From Eledone cirrhosa (taxonomy: Eukaryota), in assembly GCA_964016885.1 (NCBI GenBank), contig OZ024751.1, positions 9,796,001 to 9,860,000 on the forward strand: 64,000 bases of DNA, in the 5' to 3' direction. Positions 47,061-64,000 of the stretch are shown piece after piece; positions within the stretch are counted from its first letter, which is position 1; each line of letters begins with the position of its first letter. Below the pieces are notes generated by a model that saw nothing but the letters and a program-made list of their open reading frames with translations, did not search any database and was not told where the DNA came from. Made by a program: the position numbers and the translations under genes.

Positions 47061-49039
47061 CCAAACAACACTGCTAACGTGCCATTCATCCTTAACATTA
47101 AGATCGTTAGATTAGGACTCATCAGAATTACATAAGGTATAGTTGTCTTAAATATGACATTTAAGAAACAGAAAATATATAACATACCGGTGTGTTATAT
47201 ATTTCTTGTACATAATATCATATTTAAAACACGTACATCAATTTTCATCGGCACAGGTTGAACAAGCTGATCAAAGTAACTGGCCTAAATAATTATATAT
47301 ATATATAAAACTTGGAAATTACTTTATGGGCATATGCTTTTTGGGGAATATTCAGTAACGTCTGCGTTAATTTAACGTGTAGGACGTTCTATTGATCACA
47401 CAACTGATTGCCTTTATCAAAACCGATTGAGGATCCAGCATCTGGAAATAGGATGGAGTAGTTACGCCTGTAAATGCTTTGGTTATATGTCTGCTCAATC
47501 GATGTCAACCTGGGGATAAACAGCCAAACATGCAAAACTTTGTAATTTATTTATTTCATTTTGACTAGGCACGAGGATTTAATAGTTTGCTTGAGTTACA
47601 TGGAATATTGTGACATTTATGTTTTGGGGGTTTTTTTCTCAACATCAACTGACGTAAACGAATGTTTAAACAGCTTTCAGACTGGGAATTGAAATCCCGT
47701 TGTGAACTATACTTGTCAACAGATTAACACAAATCATAATCTATTGAACAAAAAGTAATTTATGCTTGTGTCGATTTAATGGCAAGTTCAGCGTAATAAA
47801 CCTCGTTACCACACTAAAAATTTAAGTACTACGGCATTTAATGAAAATATTTGCGATCACCTGATATCTGTTTTGACAGGTCTTTCTTAAAGGAGACAGA
47901 AGCGTAAAGCTGATATTCTTGGCCAACTCACTTAACACTCGGTTCGGCTCTCAGAAGCGAAAAAGAAAACATTTTCATTTGTATTTCTCATAGCATTTGT
48001 TGACGTAATAAATTTCAATATTAGCGACATCTGGACAGTATTTTGACATAATCGATACTTGGAGCTTAAAAACAGTTTACAAATGCAATTTAAAATTTTT
48101 TACAAATATTATATCAAATCCAGAAAAAAGATCGATATTGCAAATATAATTTGGTGAATCTGATAACATGATAAATCGGAGGGACACTATGGAAAACTTT
48201 ATCTTTATGCTGTGTAAGTCAGCTCCAGTGACCTCATCTTTCTCTCCTCAAGCTTATGAAATACTCGTATAGGTTTCCAATAGTCATGAAGTAAGATTTA
48301 TCTAATTTATCTATTTAAAGTAGTTGTTGGTACCGATGTGGACTTGAGTTGCTACTGCTGTTGCTTATGTCCACGTCAAACTAGATGGCACATATGGAAT
48401 TTGAAGAAAAAGCACGAATCGTGTTGTTACCGTATGAAGTAGTGCAGGAAAATCTCGAATTATGCGCACCAGATAGCTGTGCCAAATAATTTCAGAGTAG
48501 ATAGTGATAAATGCACCAGATGACCAATTGGTTTGTCTCAAAATGACAAAGAGACCGGAATCAGCTCCGGTCTGTTGAATGTCTGGGCTTGAGACATACT
48601 TAACTTAAAGTTCAATTAAGCAACTAATAATTTCTGGTGAAACAAAAGCATGAACATCGCTTTACTTTTCAACAAACCAGAATCAAGACAAAAATCATTA
48701 GAAAAGTGAAATATTGTGAATATATACATATGTTTGAAATGATAGAATATTTATGACTGTAAACAATATATCAGTTCATCTCCTCTGAGAATTTAATCCA
48801 GGCGGAGATTAGAATTCTATCTACGAGAAAATGATTAATGAGTCATAACCACGATGTAAACTGGACATAAATCCTGGCCTCGTGAGACCGACAGAAAAGG
48901 ATTAAACTTAAACAGAGTAAAATGTTTCAGTTCAATTTATTAGATCACATGACCAATTCGGAGACGTTTTCATTGCAAAACAAGTATTCCCAAATGAACT
49001 ATAATAATTAGTTTATATATATAAGTATATATACATATA

Positions 49040-49102
<63 letters not shown>

Positions 49103-49229
49103 ATATAATATAATATAATGTAATATATTATAATATAATATATATATTTTTAGTTTTTCACATTCTATACTGTCAACATACATCAACTAATAAATATTTG
49201 AAACATCCAACATATATATGTGTGTGTGT

Positions 49230-49269
<40 letters not shown>

Positions 49270-49452
49270 GATGTCTCAAATATTTATTGCGCTGATGTAT
49301 ATATATAAAACATGTCCTAAAATCTAGCTCATTTGTCATAAATTGTACAATATCTCCACTACCAGCTATACTTTGGATATCTGAGAAAGATAACTCTATT
49401 TACTGATCTGTCTATATATGTGTTGTATATATATATGTGCGTGTGTGAGTAT

Positions 49453-49560
<108 letters not shown>

Positions 49561-49682
49561 TAACAAGGACGATTGATTACTCCTTCATTGCATTTATTGA
49601 TAGGTGACGCGCGTTTATATATATATATATATATGTTTGTTATGTATGTATATGTGTGTATATATATATATATATTTATATA

Positions 49683-53363
<3,681 letters not shown>

Positions 53364-53392
53364 ATATATATTTATGTATATATATATGTGGG

Positions 53393-53453
<61 letters not shown>

Positions 53454-53664
53454 GTACATATATATATATATGTATATATATATGCATATATGCATATATA
53501 TGCATATATATGTGTATATATATATGTAAAAGGTAAACAGAAATAACAACACAATCGGTACAGTATATGGAAGGTATATAAGGTTAACGCTTGATATAGC
53601 AGGAAGAGAGTCTTAACGTTTCGTGCTATCGTTTCTGCGTGCAACTGCGCCACCGAGATAATTT

Positions 53665-54090
53665 CTGGATATTTAGACACCATCCTCGCCCCGTTGGTCG
53701 GCAACTCCCCTCCTACATCCACGATACAAATCATGCGCTTAGACTAACCAACAGACTCCCAATCTTATCTCGACTTCACCTCCTCCCATCCAACCCACAC
53801 CAAACACTCCATACCCTATTCTCAATTACTCTGTCTTCGTCGACTCTGTAGCCGGGACGATGATTTCGAAACCCATTCCCTTCGTATGGCTTCCTGCTTC
53901 ATCCAGCGTGGATATCCCCCACCTTGATCCAAGCTGCTCTCACCCGCGCCCGTGAAACAGACCGCACCACAGCCCTCTCACCTCACCCCCGCCCTCCTAA
54001 CACCCGTGTTCCTTTCCCTCTGACCTACCACCCCATCACCCTACCACTCCGGGTACATATCCTCCGTTCCTTCCGTATCCTCTCTTCTGT
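53665..54090 (+). pseudogene. Internally deleted PLE RT/thumb remnant
   Basis: [23 protein letters not shown]; SIPYSQLL..RRLCS; FIQRGYP..RVPFPLTYHP. Confidence 0.72.
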
Positions 54091-54092
54091 GA

Positions 54093-54935
54093 TCAGAACT
54101 GCAGACACTAATGTTTCTGGGTATCACCCTTCATCAGTACAGCTCACTGTTCACCTGCCAAACTGTCAGAGCTAATGAAAATATATGCTATTTTCAAAAA
54201 TACAGTGACTGATCGGCCTGATTTGCATATTAGCAGGCTGGCTGATCAGTCAGATCTGCATATTAGCAGATCCACTGATCATTAGCTCTGACAGTTTGGT
54301 AGGTGAACAGTGAGCTGTACTGATGAAGGATGATACCTAGAAACATTAGTGTCTGCAGTTCTGTTCGCATTCCAACACAAGAGCAAGAATGAAGTGTTAA
54401 TTCTACTGACATGGCTATAAAATTGAGGCTTGTTTGCATAATTGCAAACGAATTGAATGTTATTATTAATATTCGAAAAACTCAGATTACATTTATTGTA
54501 TTCAGCCATGTAGGGCGAAATTTTCTTTTTTATTTGAATTTGGCAAAGCCGACCATTTATCGCTCGTATACAGGAAACTGACTGGCCAGTCTGCTGATAT
54601 GCAAATCTGGCTGATCAGTGGATCTGCTAATATGCAGATCTTACTGATCAGCCAGTCTGCTAATATGCAAATCAGGCCGATCAGTCACCGTGTATTTTTG
54701 AAAATAACATATATTTTTGAAAATAGCATATATTTTCACTAGCTCTGACAGTTTGGTAGGTGAATAGTGAGCTGTACTGATGAAGGATGATACCTAGAAA
54801 CATTAGTGTCTGCAGTTCTGTTCACATGCCAACACAAGAGCAAGAATGAAGTGTTCATTCTACTGACATGGCTATAAAATTAGAGGCTTGTTTGCATAAT
54901 TGCAAACGAATCGAATGTTATTATTAATATTCGAG
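54093..54935. mobile_element. Non-coding HHR repeat: one inverted (54096-54145) and two direct (54312-54361, 54769-54818) type I HHRs
   Basis: GAGCTGTA-CTGATGA-AGG..CCT-A-GAAA-CA TTAG TG-TC-TGCAGTTC. Confidence 0.8.
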
Positions 54936-54937
54936 CA

Positions 54938-55058
54938 TTACGTCCCTTTACGATCTGAGTTCAAATCCCGCCGAGGTTGACTTTGCCTTTCATCCTTACG
55001 TGGTCGATAAAATAAAGTACCAGTAATGCACTGGGTAATTGCTGGCTTTGTGCCTAAT
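54938..55058 (+). mobile_element. 5'-truncated SINE
   Basis: B-box and core present; flanking direct repeat TTATTAATATTCGAGCAT. Confidence 0.8.
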
Positions 55059-55199
55059 TATTAATATTCGAGCATAACGTGCCAATTATTAATATTCGAG
55101 CATAACGTAATATCTACTTCCCAACCACCAAATGGGAGACAAGTATTACACAACCCACTTGTACTGTTATCCCAACCTATCAATGGTACAGTTGTTACC

Positions 55200-55640
55200 C
55201 ATAACACAAACTGCAATGCCACCAGCCCGAGAGATGCCTATTGAAGAATAAATGTCTGGAGTCCAACATTGTTTATCAATGCACTGTCGAATCAAACGAC
55301 CAGAAATGGTATTACGTCGGGTCTACCACTACCTCCTTTAAATCACGCTGGTATCGTCATCGATTTTCGATTAAACATCCTAATCACCGTTATGTAACTA
55401 CACTAGCTAATAAGACCTGGCAACTCCGTTAATACAACCGGCAGTTCACCCTAAAATGGGATAAATTATCCAGCGCTAGTGCATATCGGAGTGGATTAAA
55501 ATACTGCAGATTATGCAACCTTGAACTTTTTTATATCTTGAAATCTAAAATCAATTTACTAAATTACTGAATCGAACGATTGTTACACTGCAACCACAAA
55601 CTGAAGGTTAAATGTTCTCACTATAAAAGTAACTTAACAT
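55200..55640 (+). pseudogene. PLE GIY-YIG remnant
   Basis: NKCLESNIVYQC..YYVGSTTTSFKSRWYRH..CRLCNLE. Confidence 0.8.
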
Positions 55641-55848
55641 AATTTGAACCCGAGACTACTATACCACTTTCTCGCTAACTAATTTCACTAAATACTTCCT
55701 TCCTAACTATATCCCCCCGCATTACTAACCAGTACCTTGCTTATCGTAATAAATGGATACTCAAGTACGATCAGCAAACTACAACTATCGACTTGGTGTA
55801 TATCGCCTTTCCTTCCCCTTCTCTTAACTTTTTTCTGTCCACCCCCCT

Positions 55849-55882
<34 letters not shown>

Positions 55883-56119
55883 CTATCTCCCTCCTTCTCT
55901 AATTTCTATTAACCTGCTCTCTGTGGCAATAAATAAGTCCAAACTTGTCAATATAAACACAATGCCTAAGTTGTCACTTTGAGAGTAAGCAGTATAATAA
56001 AACCACTTGTTGAACCTCTATCACAACATTTAGATTAAGCTATCTGTATTCTTCAAACCACTCTCTCCCATTTCTCCTACCCCTACATCTCTCTCTCTCT
56101 CTCTCTTTCTCTCTCTCCC

Positions 56120-56209
<90 letters not shown>

Positions 56210-56452
56210 TCGCTCTCTCTCCCTCTCCCTTTCTTTCTCTCTTCCTGTTCTACTCTATCTTCCCCAATTAAGAAATACAAAGAAACCATAATCCAGCCAT
56301 ACGAACAGCATTTGAAAATTGAGTATCTACAAATAAATAACTACCAATTTGCATATAGCATGACTAGGCTGTGTAACAACTAAGGAAACATTTGTAAACA
56401 CTTGGAATAAATTACCTTTTTATGATGTTTACCTGTTTTATTAATCATTCTT

Positions 56453-56498
<46 letters not shown>

Positions 56499-56499
<1 letters not shown>

Positions 56500-56722
56500 G
56501 TTATTCCGGGTTGAATCGGAGGTAACCACAGTAAGTAAGGTACTCAATACATTGCAGAGTATAAAAGTTTTAATATAGATGAGATTCTACAAGACTAGAA
56601 CTGTTTCATTCTTTAGAAATCATCACGAGATTCCTGATGATTTCTAAAGAATGAAACAGTTCTAGTCCTGTAGAATCTAGTGAAACAGTTCTAGTCCTGT
56701 AGAATCTCATCTATATTAAAAC
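56499..56722. mobile_element. Mini fold-back of the 49683 pLTR family: truncated minus HHR abutting intact plus HHR (56628-56678)
   Basis: Direct sequence comparison; flanked by (TA)n. Confidence 0.82.
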
Positions 56723-56761
56723 TTATATATATATATATGTATATATATATGTATATATATG

Positions 56762-56792
<31 letters not shown>

Positions 56793-57192
56793 GTGTATAT
56801 GTATATGTATATATATGTGTATATATATGTATATATGTATATATATGTGCATGTATGTATATATGTGTATATATCTATGTGTGTGGGGGGGGGGGTATAC
56901 ATTTATGCGCGAAGTAGCCATAGTATATGTCGTTCAAATGAGGTGAAGAAAGGCAGGGACATATAACCAGAGAGACAGATAAGTATGTTTGACGAAATTG
57001 AAAACAGGAATTAAAGCAGGAATAAAAGATCAGACTAAGATCATAATTATTTCTTATTATTGTTGTTTTTATGTCATTCCTCAGATTTTACCCCCGTTTC
57101 TCTACTGCCATGTTTGTTCGTCTTTCGTCCAGTTCAACGCAACAGTACTCTCTCATCACTTTGACTTTTGGGTTACACACATACTTACATAA

Positions 57193-57315
<123 letters not shown>

Positions 57316-57484
57316 GATATATATATATATTACCTGCTCTACTACCTTAAGTATTGAGTCATCTGTCCACATAGGAATGGTGGAGTATTTTTAAAATATG
57401 GAAATACAAAGAACATTAGATATTAAAGTCCCTTTTCGCTTCAATTTAGGATTACATCCTAATTGTAACCTTATTATGTAAGAA

Positions 57485-57562
57485 GCTGTCTGGTGAGATC
57501 ACGGCACTAGGTACTACTCGGATTTGCGTGGTCACTGTCGTCATCGAAATATGTATTACGGC
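57485..57562 (+). ncRNA. Type I HHR-like motif with A6G core change
   Basis: GCTGT-CTGGTGA-GAT..ATC-GAAA-TATGTA-TT-ACGGC. Confidence 0.55.
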
Positions 57563-57624
57563 CTCATCAATACAGGACTTTAACATCTAAAGTACGTTGT
57601 ATTCCTTATTCTATATATATGTAC

Positions 57625-57982
57625 AATATATTAATAAATGGAAACTATATTTATAAAACCATAATTATTTTATTATATATATTTCAAGGGCAACCAAGGT
57701 AAATTATGGTGCGCTTTCATCAGAATTTCAACCGTTGAGGTTGTCTTTTTTCCGAGTATATCAATAGTTATTTATAAAACAAATCTGTATTTTATCTGAT
57801 GAAAGCGCACCATAATTTACCTTGGTTGCTCTTGAAATATATATAATAAAATAATTATGGTTTTATAAATATAGTTTCTATTTATTAATAGATTGTATAT
57901 TTACTCCACTAACTGTTGAGTGCTTTATACCAGATATAAAAAATGTTTAAGCTTGTTGAATCCCAACAAATTAAATATACCC

Positions 57983-57985
<3 letters not shown>
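57625..57985. mobile_element. Solo pLTR fold-back with HHR pair (minus ~57666-57725, plus 57788-57853)
   Basis: Same family as 43828-44250. Confidence 0.82.
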
Positions 57986-58043
<58 letters not shown>

Positions 58044-58212
58044 ACGGCCTCGATATAAATACCCCCTCCGCCTCCGTGGTATTTTCTTCGGGGTTATAAG
58101 AGGCTTAGCTCTGTTTCTCGACCGTTATATCGCGTGACTATCTCCCCCTCCGCCTTTTGGGATTCTTTCTCACATCGTGTAGACGCGTTCTTGAGACTAG
58201 TAAAATGAGGTA

Positions 58213-58302
58213 TCCTCTTGATAAGTCGGCAGACCTCGCAAGGACTCTATATCTTTATGATATATTGTTTTTGTTTATGCCACGAAACTATGTAGTCGAG
58301 GA
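58213..58302 (+). ncRNA. Type I HHR, U3-A8 core variant, GUC cleavage site, in a solo pLTR (58042-58372)
   Basis: TCCTC-TTGATAA-GT(C)GGCA..TGCCAC-GAAA-CTA TG TAG-TC-GAGGA. Confidence 0.75.
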
Positions 58303-58371
58303 ATTTAGGAGCAGTTTAGGTATGATACATTTTATTACTAATTATATCTAAATGTTTCTTCTCTCTTCATA

Positions 58372-58445
<74 letters not shown>

Positions 58446-58664
58446 ATATATATATCTTTATTAAAATAACAGATTAAAGTTTAAGCAAAGAATCGCTGCT
58501 TTCGCCCTTAACGGGATCCTCCGAAACTAACAAAGGCAATCCGTGAACGCAGAACCGAATATTTCAAAAAAACGTTGCAACCGGAGTAAGACAGGAAGAC
58601 GATACTTTGGTTCGTGGAAACGTTCCCTTGCAAAGAACGGGAAAAAACGAATATAATACGCCAT

Positions 58665-58779
<115 letters not shown>

Positions 58780-58863
58780 CACAAATTTAAATGAAAACCA
58801 AACAATGCATTAGAAATATTTGTGTTTCCTATTCAACAATGCTTCAAGCAAGCTATATATATA

Positions 58864-58993
58864 TTCCTGATGATTTCTCCCGAATGAAACAGTTCTAGAC
58901 CTGTAGAAGCCATTTCTATATTGAATATTTATACTCTGGTATGTATTGGGTACCTTACTTACTGTGGTTACCCCCGATTGAACTTGGGATAAA

Positions 58994-58995
<2 letters not shown>
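58864..58995 (+). mobile_element. Solo pLTR end (49683 family) with HHR 58864-58908
   Basis: TTC-CTGATGA-TTTCTCCCGAAT-GAAA-CAG..CTG-TA-GAA. Confidence 0.78.
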
Positions 58996-59055
<60 letters not shown>

Positions 59056-59077
59056 GGGGAGGGTCATATTTGTGCAA

Positions 59078-59260
59078 TAATTGTTTCTACTATTGGCACA
59101 AGGCCAGCAAATTACCCAGTACATTACTGGTACTTTATTTTATCGACCCCGTAAGGATGAAAGGCAAAGTTAACCTCGGCGGGATTTGAACTCAGAATGG
59201 CAAGGGCCGTAACTCTATGCGTCAAAGCATGGCGTCCGACCCTCTAACGGTACTGCCGTA
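59078..59260 (-). mobile_element. tRNA-derived SINE
   Basis: Reverse complement of the 10790 family. Confidence 0.87.
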
Positions 59261-59269
59261 ATAATATTG

Positions 59270-62130
59270 CCAGAATTAATAACAGAACGCACTCACTGTT
59301 TGGTTGGTTTTCGCTTCTGTATCTTTTATATCAGTTAATTTAATTTATTCAGTCCTCAATGTTTACCGTTGACTGATCAACGGTCAAAAATACAGATATA
59401 ATATAGACACAAACACGTATATATAGTCTAACAAAGTTCTTTCGTTGCACATCTGCAACATCATCAGTGGTGCTATTATGTTTCCTCCCGTTGTATTGTA
59501 TGCCTACGCCATCGTTATTTAGTCTGTTTATTTATTTATTTATTTATTTTTGTCTTCTTCTCTGCGCATGCGTTTGCGTGTGTGTATAGTGTTTGATGTG
59601 TGTTCGTGTTTGGGTGACTGTGTATTGGTTATTGTATACTATCTTAGTTTACTAGTGTGTGTTTATATGTGTTTGTTGTTATTGTGCTTGTGTATGTATT
59701 TATTTATTTATTTATTTATTTATACTTCTATTAGGTCAGTATTGTTTGTTTGGGTGTTGTTGATATTCCATTCAATTTTTTCTGTTTAGCTTTGGCCTTC
59801 TAATTTCTATTTCGCTGGCTTCTCTGATTTGCCTATCTGCTGGGTCATTTCTATGTTTAGATATTATTTTAATTTATATGTTGTCTATGTTACCGTCGTG
59901 TTGTTGTCTGGCATGTTCGTATAGTACTGAACCGTTTTTTCGTCCTTTTAGTTCCCCCCATGTTGGTCTATCCTTTCACCTATGCTACGAGCTGTCTCGC
60001 CTATGTATGTTGTTGTCATGTTTCTGCAAGTACCCTCTGTACATCTTATACTATAGACTACGTTTCTAGTTTTACAGTTTATCCGGGGGTTAAACTTTAC
60101 ATATAATACATTTCCGATTGGTACAGTGGGTTTTCTTAAAAGGGTAGGTTTTGCTGATCAGGGATTTTATGGTGGTTCCTGGCGTTTCTACCACCTTAAT
60201 CTTTAAGTGGGTCTTTCTCAGGGCCTTTCTACACTGGTTAGCTAATTTCCCTCCAGGCGTAGCGTCCACAAACATGACACTCTGGTATCTCTGGTTGTCG
60301 TACCATGAGGTGGCTTTCTCTATCTTATGTCTAGTCCTATCTAAGCTATTCCATGATTTGCTCCTGTATAATGGGCAAATTCTTTTCATGTCCAGTTCTA
60401 TACTTCTCCGTGGCTCCTTCGTATACTCTGATTCTGTCTCTTTGGTTGTAGCCAGAGAACTGCATGCGGTTGATGAAGTGTTGGATGTGTCTTTCCATTT
60501 CTGTTGAGTCGCACATGCGTGACATGTTCTTCATCACTCGTACCAAGTCTGCGATCAGAATATTAAACTTAGCACTACTGGACATTGCTGTGTTTTGAGT
60601 ATCAGGTATTTGGAGGCCATGGGTTTAGCATAGTGTGAGTGGAGGATTTGGGCTCTCTCGTCTATAGCGTTAATCCAGAGTTCCGTGTCTAATACAGGTA
60701 GTCTATTGTTAGGGTATTTGGAAAGGTAGTCGATAGTTACAGTTATACTCTGGTGTATGGAATTAGCTATCTGCTGGATGCTTTCCATTGTGCTACGTTC
60801 TAAATCAAACTTGTTAGTACTCTCTTGTGGGGATGTCCTTATTATTATATTGATGTCATCTACGTAACGAGAGTACATGATGAGGTCTATGGAGCTCTCA
60901 TCAATGAGATCTTTGAGTCTCCTTTCCCACCATACCATAAAAAGATTGGCAACGTCACTAGCTATGCTGACGCCAATGGCTGCTCCCTCATTTTGGGTGT
61001 AGATCTTCTCGTTGAATTTGAATATGTGGCCCTTTAGGGTAGTTTTGATACTAGCTCCTATTGAATGTGCGACCATTTTTCTTACCTGATCATTGTTTTG
61101 GGTTGTCCGTATAGCTTTGGTTCACCCAATCCACCTTCCCATGGGAGTATTTTTTGCCATTGAGGTTATGGTGGGGGGGGGTCTACTTCTTATGGGTCTA
61201 CTGGAGCAGAAACGTCTAAGGTCGTAGCTGTCTAGGTAGTCAGTGTCATAGGTAAGTCTAAGTAGGAGGCCCAGTTCGTCTGTGTCGACGTCGCAGAACT
61301 CCACCTCACTCTCAATGATCATCTCCACACATTTTTCCACAGCAAAATCAATGTTAAAGGATGGGTACAGTGATACCATATCCATGCTGCCTATTATGCA
61401 GTTGGATAGGTTCCTATTTTTGTTGCACTCACTGTTTCTGCTGAGGAGGTCCTCTGTACTATCACATACATCTGGGGACATCTTGATTATGGGGCGTATA
61501 ACCATTGAGAGGAAGTAGGAGATCTTGTAGTTGCTAGCTATATTGGCTCCGCATACAGGTCTTGTTGGTGGTCCTGTTGTCGGGTCGTCGACTGTCTTAT
61601 GGTCTTTGCGGAGCACATACAAGGGAGGTATGCCATTGTTAGACGCCTAGAAGTTGTTGGTAGTGCGTCTGCTTGGCTTTAGGATGTCGGTCCACATCAT
61701 CATGTGAGCGTTGAGGATTTTCTCTCTCCCCTCATGTATTTGCTGTGCAATTTCGCTCGTGTTGGTGATGTGGGGTTGCATAGCTTTGATGTAGTTCGGC
61801 ATGCTGTCTATTGACATCCTACCAGACTTATCCGTGGGTAGACATACTACCTCACCATCCCTTGTGCGCTGCTTGAAGCTAACCAAGCCTTCTACAGGTT
61901 TCCTCCCAAGTTGTTCGACCTCTGGTCTGCTTTGTCTCTTAGTATACCGGTCTACTATTTGTCTAATCTTATTTCTAGCTATGGTGAAATGTGCCTCTGT
62001 CTCGTCATCTATTTGTTGTGGTATACAAACCCTTTTATTAAAGGGTAACCTCGAAGGATGGATATTACCCATCTTATATGTTTTGTCAGCTGGATTGAAG
62101 AATAGTTTCTCTAAGGGGTTGTCATTATAT
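59270..62130 (-). mobile_element. PLE pseudogene (RT, thumb, Cys-rich linker, decayed endonuclease) with terminal HHR at ~59432-59472
   Basis: CLPTDKSG, LRKDHK..TRPVC, SMDMVSLYPS, QNEGAAIG, RYVDD, LPVLD, KVVETPG..CTNRKCIIC. Confidence 0.85.
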
Positions 62131-62320
62131 CTATCGTCATAGTTGTGTGTGTTGCTATTATTGTTATTGTTATTATGCTGGTTGTTGTTCCTTATCTTTT
62201 TTGTTATGATTGCTAGATGTATTGTTGCTGTGATTGTTAGAGGTATTGTTGTTGTTTTCTCCACCGTTATTGTTGTTGTTACTGTTATTTCTACCATTAT
62301 GGTTGTTTATTCGTGTCATT

Positions 62321-62392
<72 letters not shown>

Positions 62393-63364
62393 CGTGCGTG
62401 CGTGTGTGTGTGTGTGTGCGTGTGTGTGTATACGTGCATGTGCGTGTATGTATGTATCCATATATCTGCATATGAATATATGTAGATAGATATATAGATT
62501 GATGCATACATACATACATACATATACATGTACACTTTTCCATCCATTTCCATGTATTTGTGTGTATGTGTGTATATGTATATGTTTGTATTCGAAAAAA
62601 TAACGCTCTCGGTAAGTTTTCTCTTATGTTATGCAATATATATTATCTGTTTAATTTTTTTAGGGGTTTGTACATATAGGATTACATTATCCAATGTGTT
62701 CTTTCAAACCTTTTAAAGAAAGATCGAAACTTATGAAATAATGGAATATGAAAGGTAAAGAAAAAATGTTAAAATAACTTTTAAATATTTATAAGAAAGT
62801 TATAAATTAGTGAAATAGACTTGGAAACATTTAATAACTTTTGAACATATATAAGAAAACTGGAAAGTTTAAAAATTCTGAAATGTAAAATTATACTTTG
62901 TTTTGTTCTCCTTGCTTTACGTAAACAACATTTCCTTCGTTTCTTTAAAATTATATTTGCTAGACTGTCTGGCGGATGTGACAAAGAAGTAAATTGAAGT
63001 TTAAAGATGGAGACGGGAAGTCGAAGAGACGTTGACCTTAGTGGATGTGAGCTGCAGAGACTGAGCTATGGCTTTTCAGTAAAGTTGCTGTTTTATGTGA
63101 AAAATATGGCGATATTTTTTATTAAAATATATCAAGATTGTAATGTTTAATATTTTCCTATCATTTTAGATTGATCTAAATGTATGTTTAGTCATGGTTA
63201 CATTTATAAGTATGTTTGCATTAACATCATTATATATCAAATATATTCTACATTTAGCTTTCACTGTCGGCTATACTCTGCTTCAGCTAATGATTGGGGG
63301 TCTCAATAGTTGTGGCAACTTTTGAGAGTATCGCTGCTTGTACCAGCTCAAAGCAACATTAACG

Positions 63365-63960
63365 CTAACTGGAAATATCCGGAGTGTATGCCCACAAACT
63401 ATCATACTTTTTCCTGACGTTATCCATGCAGTTCCCCACAAGCTTATTTGTTCTGGGCGTTAGCTTCTCACAAATTCTACTGCTATATTTATAATGAAGC
63501 ATTTTCTGCTTCCCGCTCCAATTGATAAATCGATTCTCTGATGCCCCTTCTAAGTGCAATATTAGCCAGGTAGGGCAGAATGTATTTAGCTACAAGGCTT
63601 GACTCTCCATTATCTCCATTCTTCTCAAAAGTATTTCGTAAACTTAGAGGGATCATAATAAGAACTTCGGCAAAAGGCCATGTTGGTAACTCCACAGCTT
63701 AACTTCTCTGCTGAATTACTGTAATCGCAGGTAACTCCTGTTTCAGCTTCGCCTCTATCTCAATTGTCCTTTTGCCAATATTATATTGTCACAGCTACTG
63801 CAAAGTTTTTGAGTTTATACATCCTTTAGATTCTTATTTCCTATTCCCATTATTGTGAGAGATGTAGACAGATTCAGAAGGTGGTTCCAACAAGAAAAGA
63901 ATCTCTGATCAAGTTGTTCATCTTTTTTTCAATCTACAGAAAAATATTTAAATAAGGTAT
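63365..63960 (-). pseudogene. Possible decayed hAT transposase C-terminal (dimerisation) region
   Basis: LPYLANIALR..ASE....R..KL..KLV pattern spread over frames; weak. Confidence 0.3.
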
Positions 63961-64000
63961 GTTGGGATATTTAAATTTCTAAATACGTGTGCTTACATTT

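Noticed and set aside
47065-47135. Minus-strand CTGATGA-GTCCT..AGGAT-GAAT
   Set aside because: GAAA and stems I and III are not intact; at most a decayed HHR

Overview
AT-rich, microsatellite-laden animal intergenic DNA, probably from an octopod cephalopod (inferred from the SINE family and repeat landscape). No host gene was recognised. The window holds two families of (TAA)n-targeting R4/Dong-type non-LTR retrotransposons: a head-to-tail array at 1-9663 and a full-length minus-strand copy at 30052-34919. It also holds at least eight Penelope-like element (PLE) coding remnants, many solo PLE terminal repeats (pLTRs), tRNA-derived SINEs, minisatellites and several fold-backs. About 25 intact or decayed type I hammerhead ribozyme (HHR) motifs from roughly 11 families can be read directly. 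Main points of interest: (1) three unrelated HHR families carry the non-canonical U3-A8 core (UUGANAA) instead of CUGANGA; (2) HHRs repeatedly occur as outward-facing inverted pairs in (TA)n, several families having their own palindromic stem III; (3) one unit has a retrozyme-like 457-nt HHR-to-HHR spacing; (4) the two divergent Dong families share a 5' terminal module and a covarying 3' hairpin, and each has a pseudoknot-like structure before the AUG. All structures were folded by eye and none was computed.
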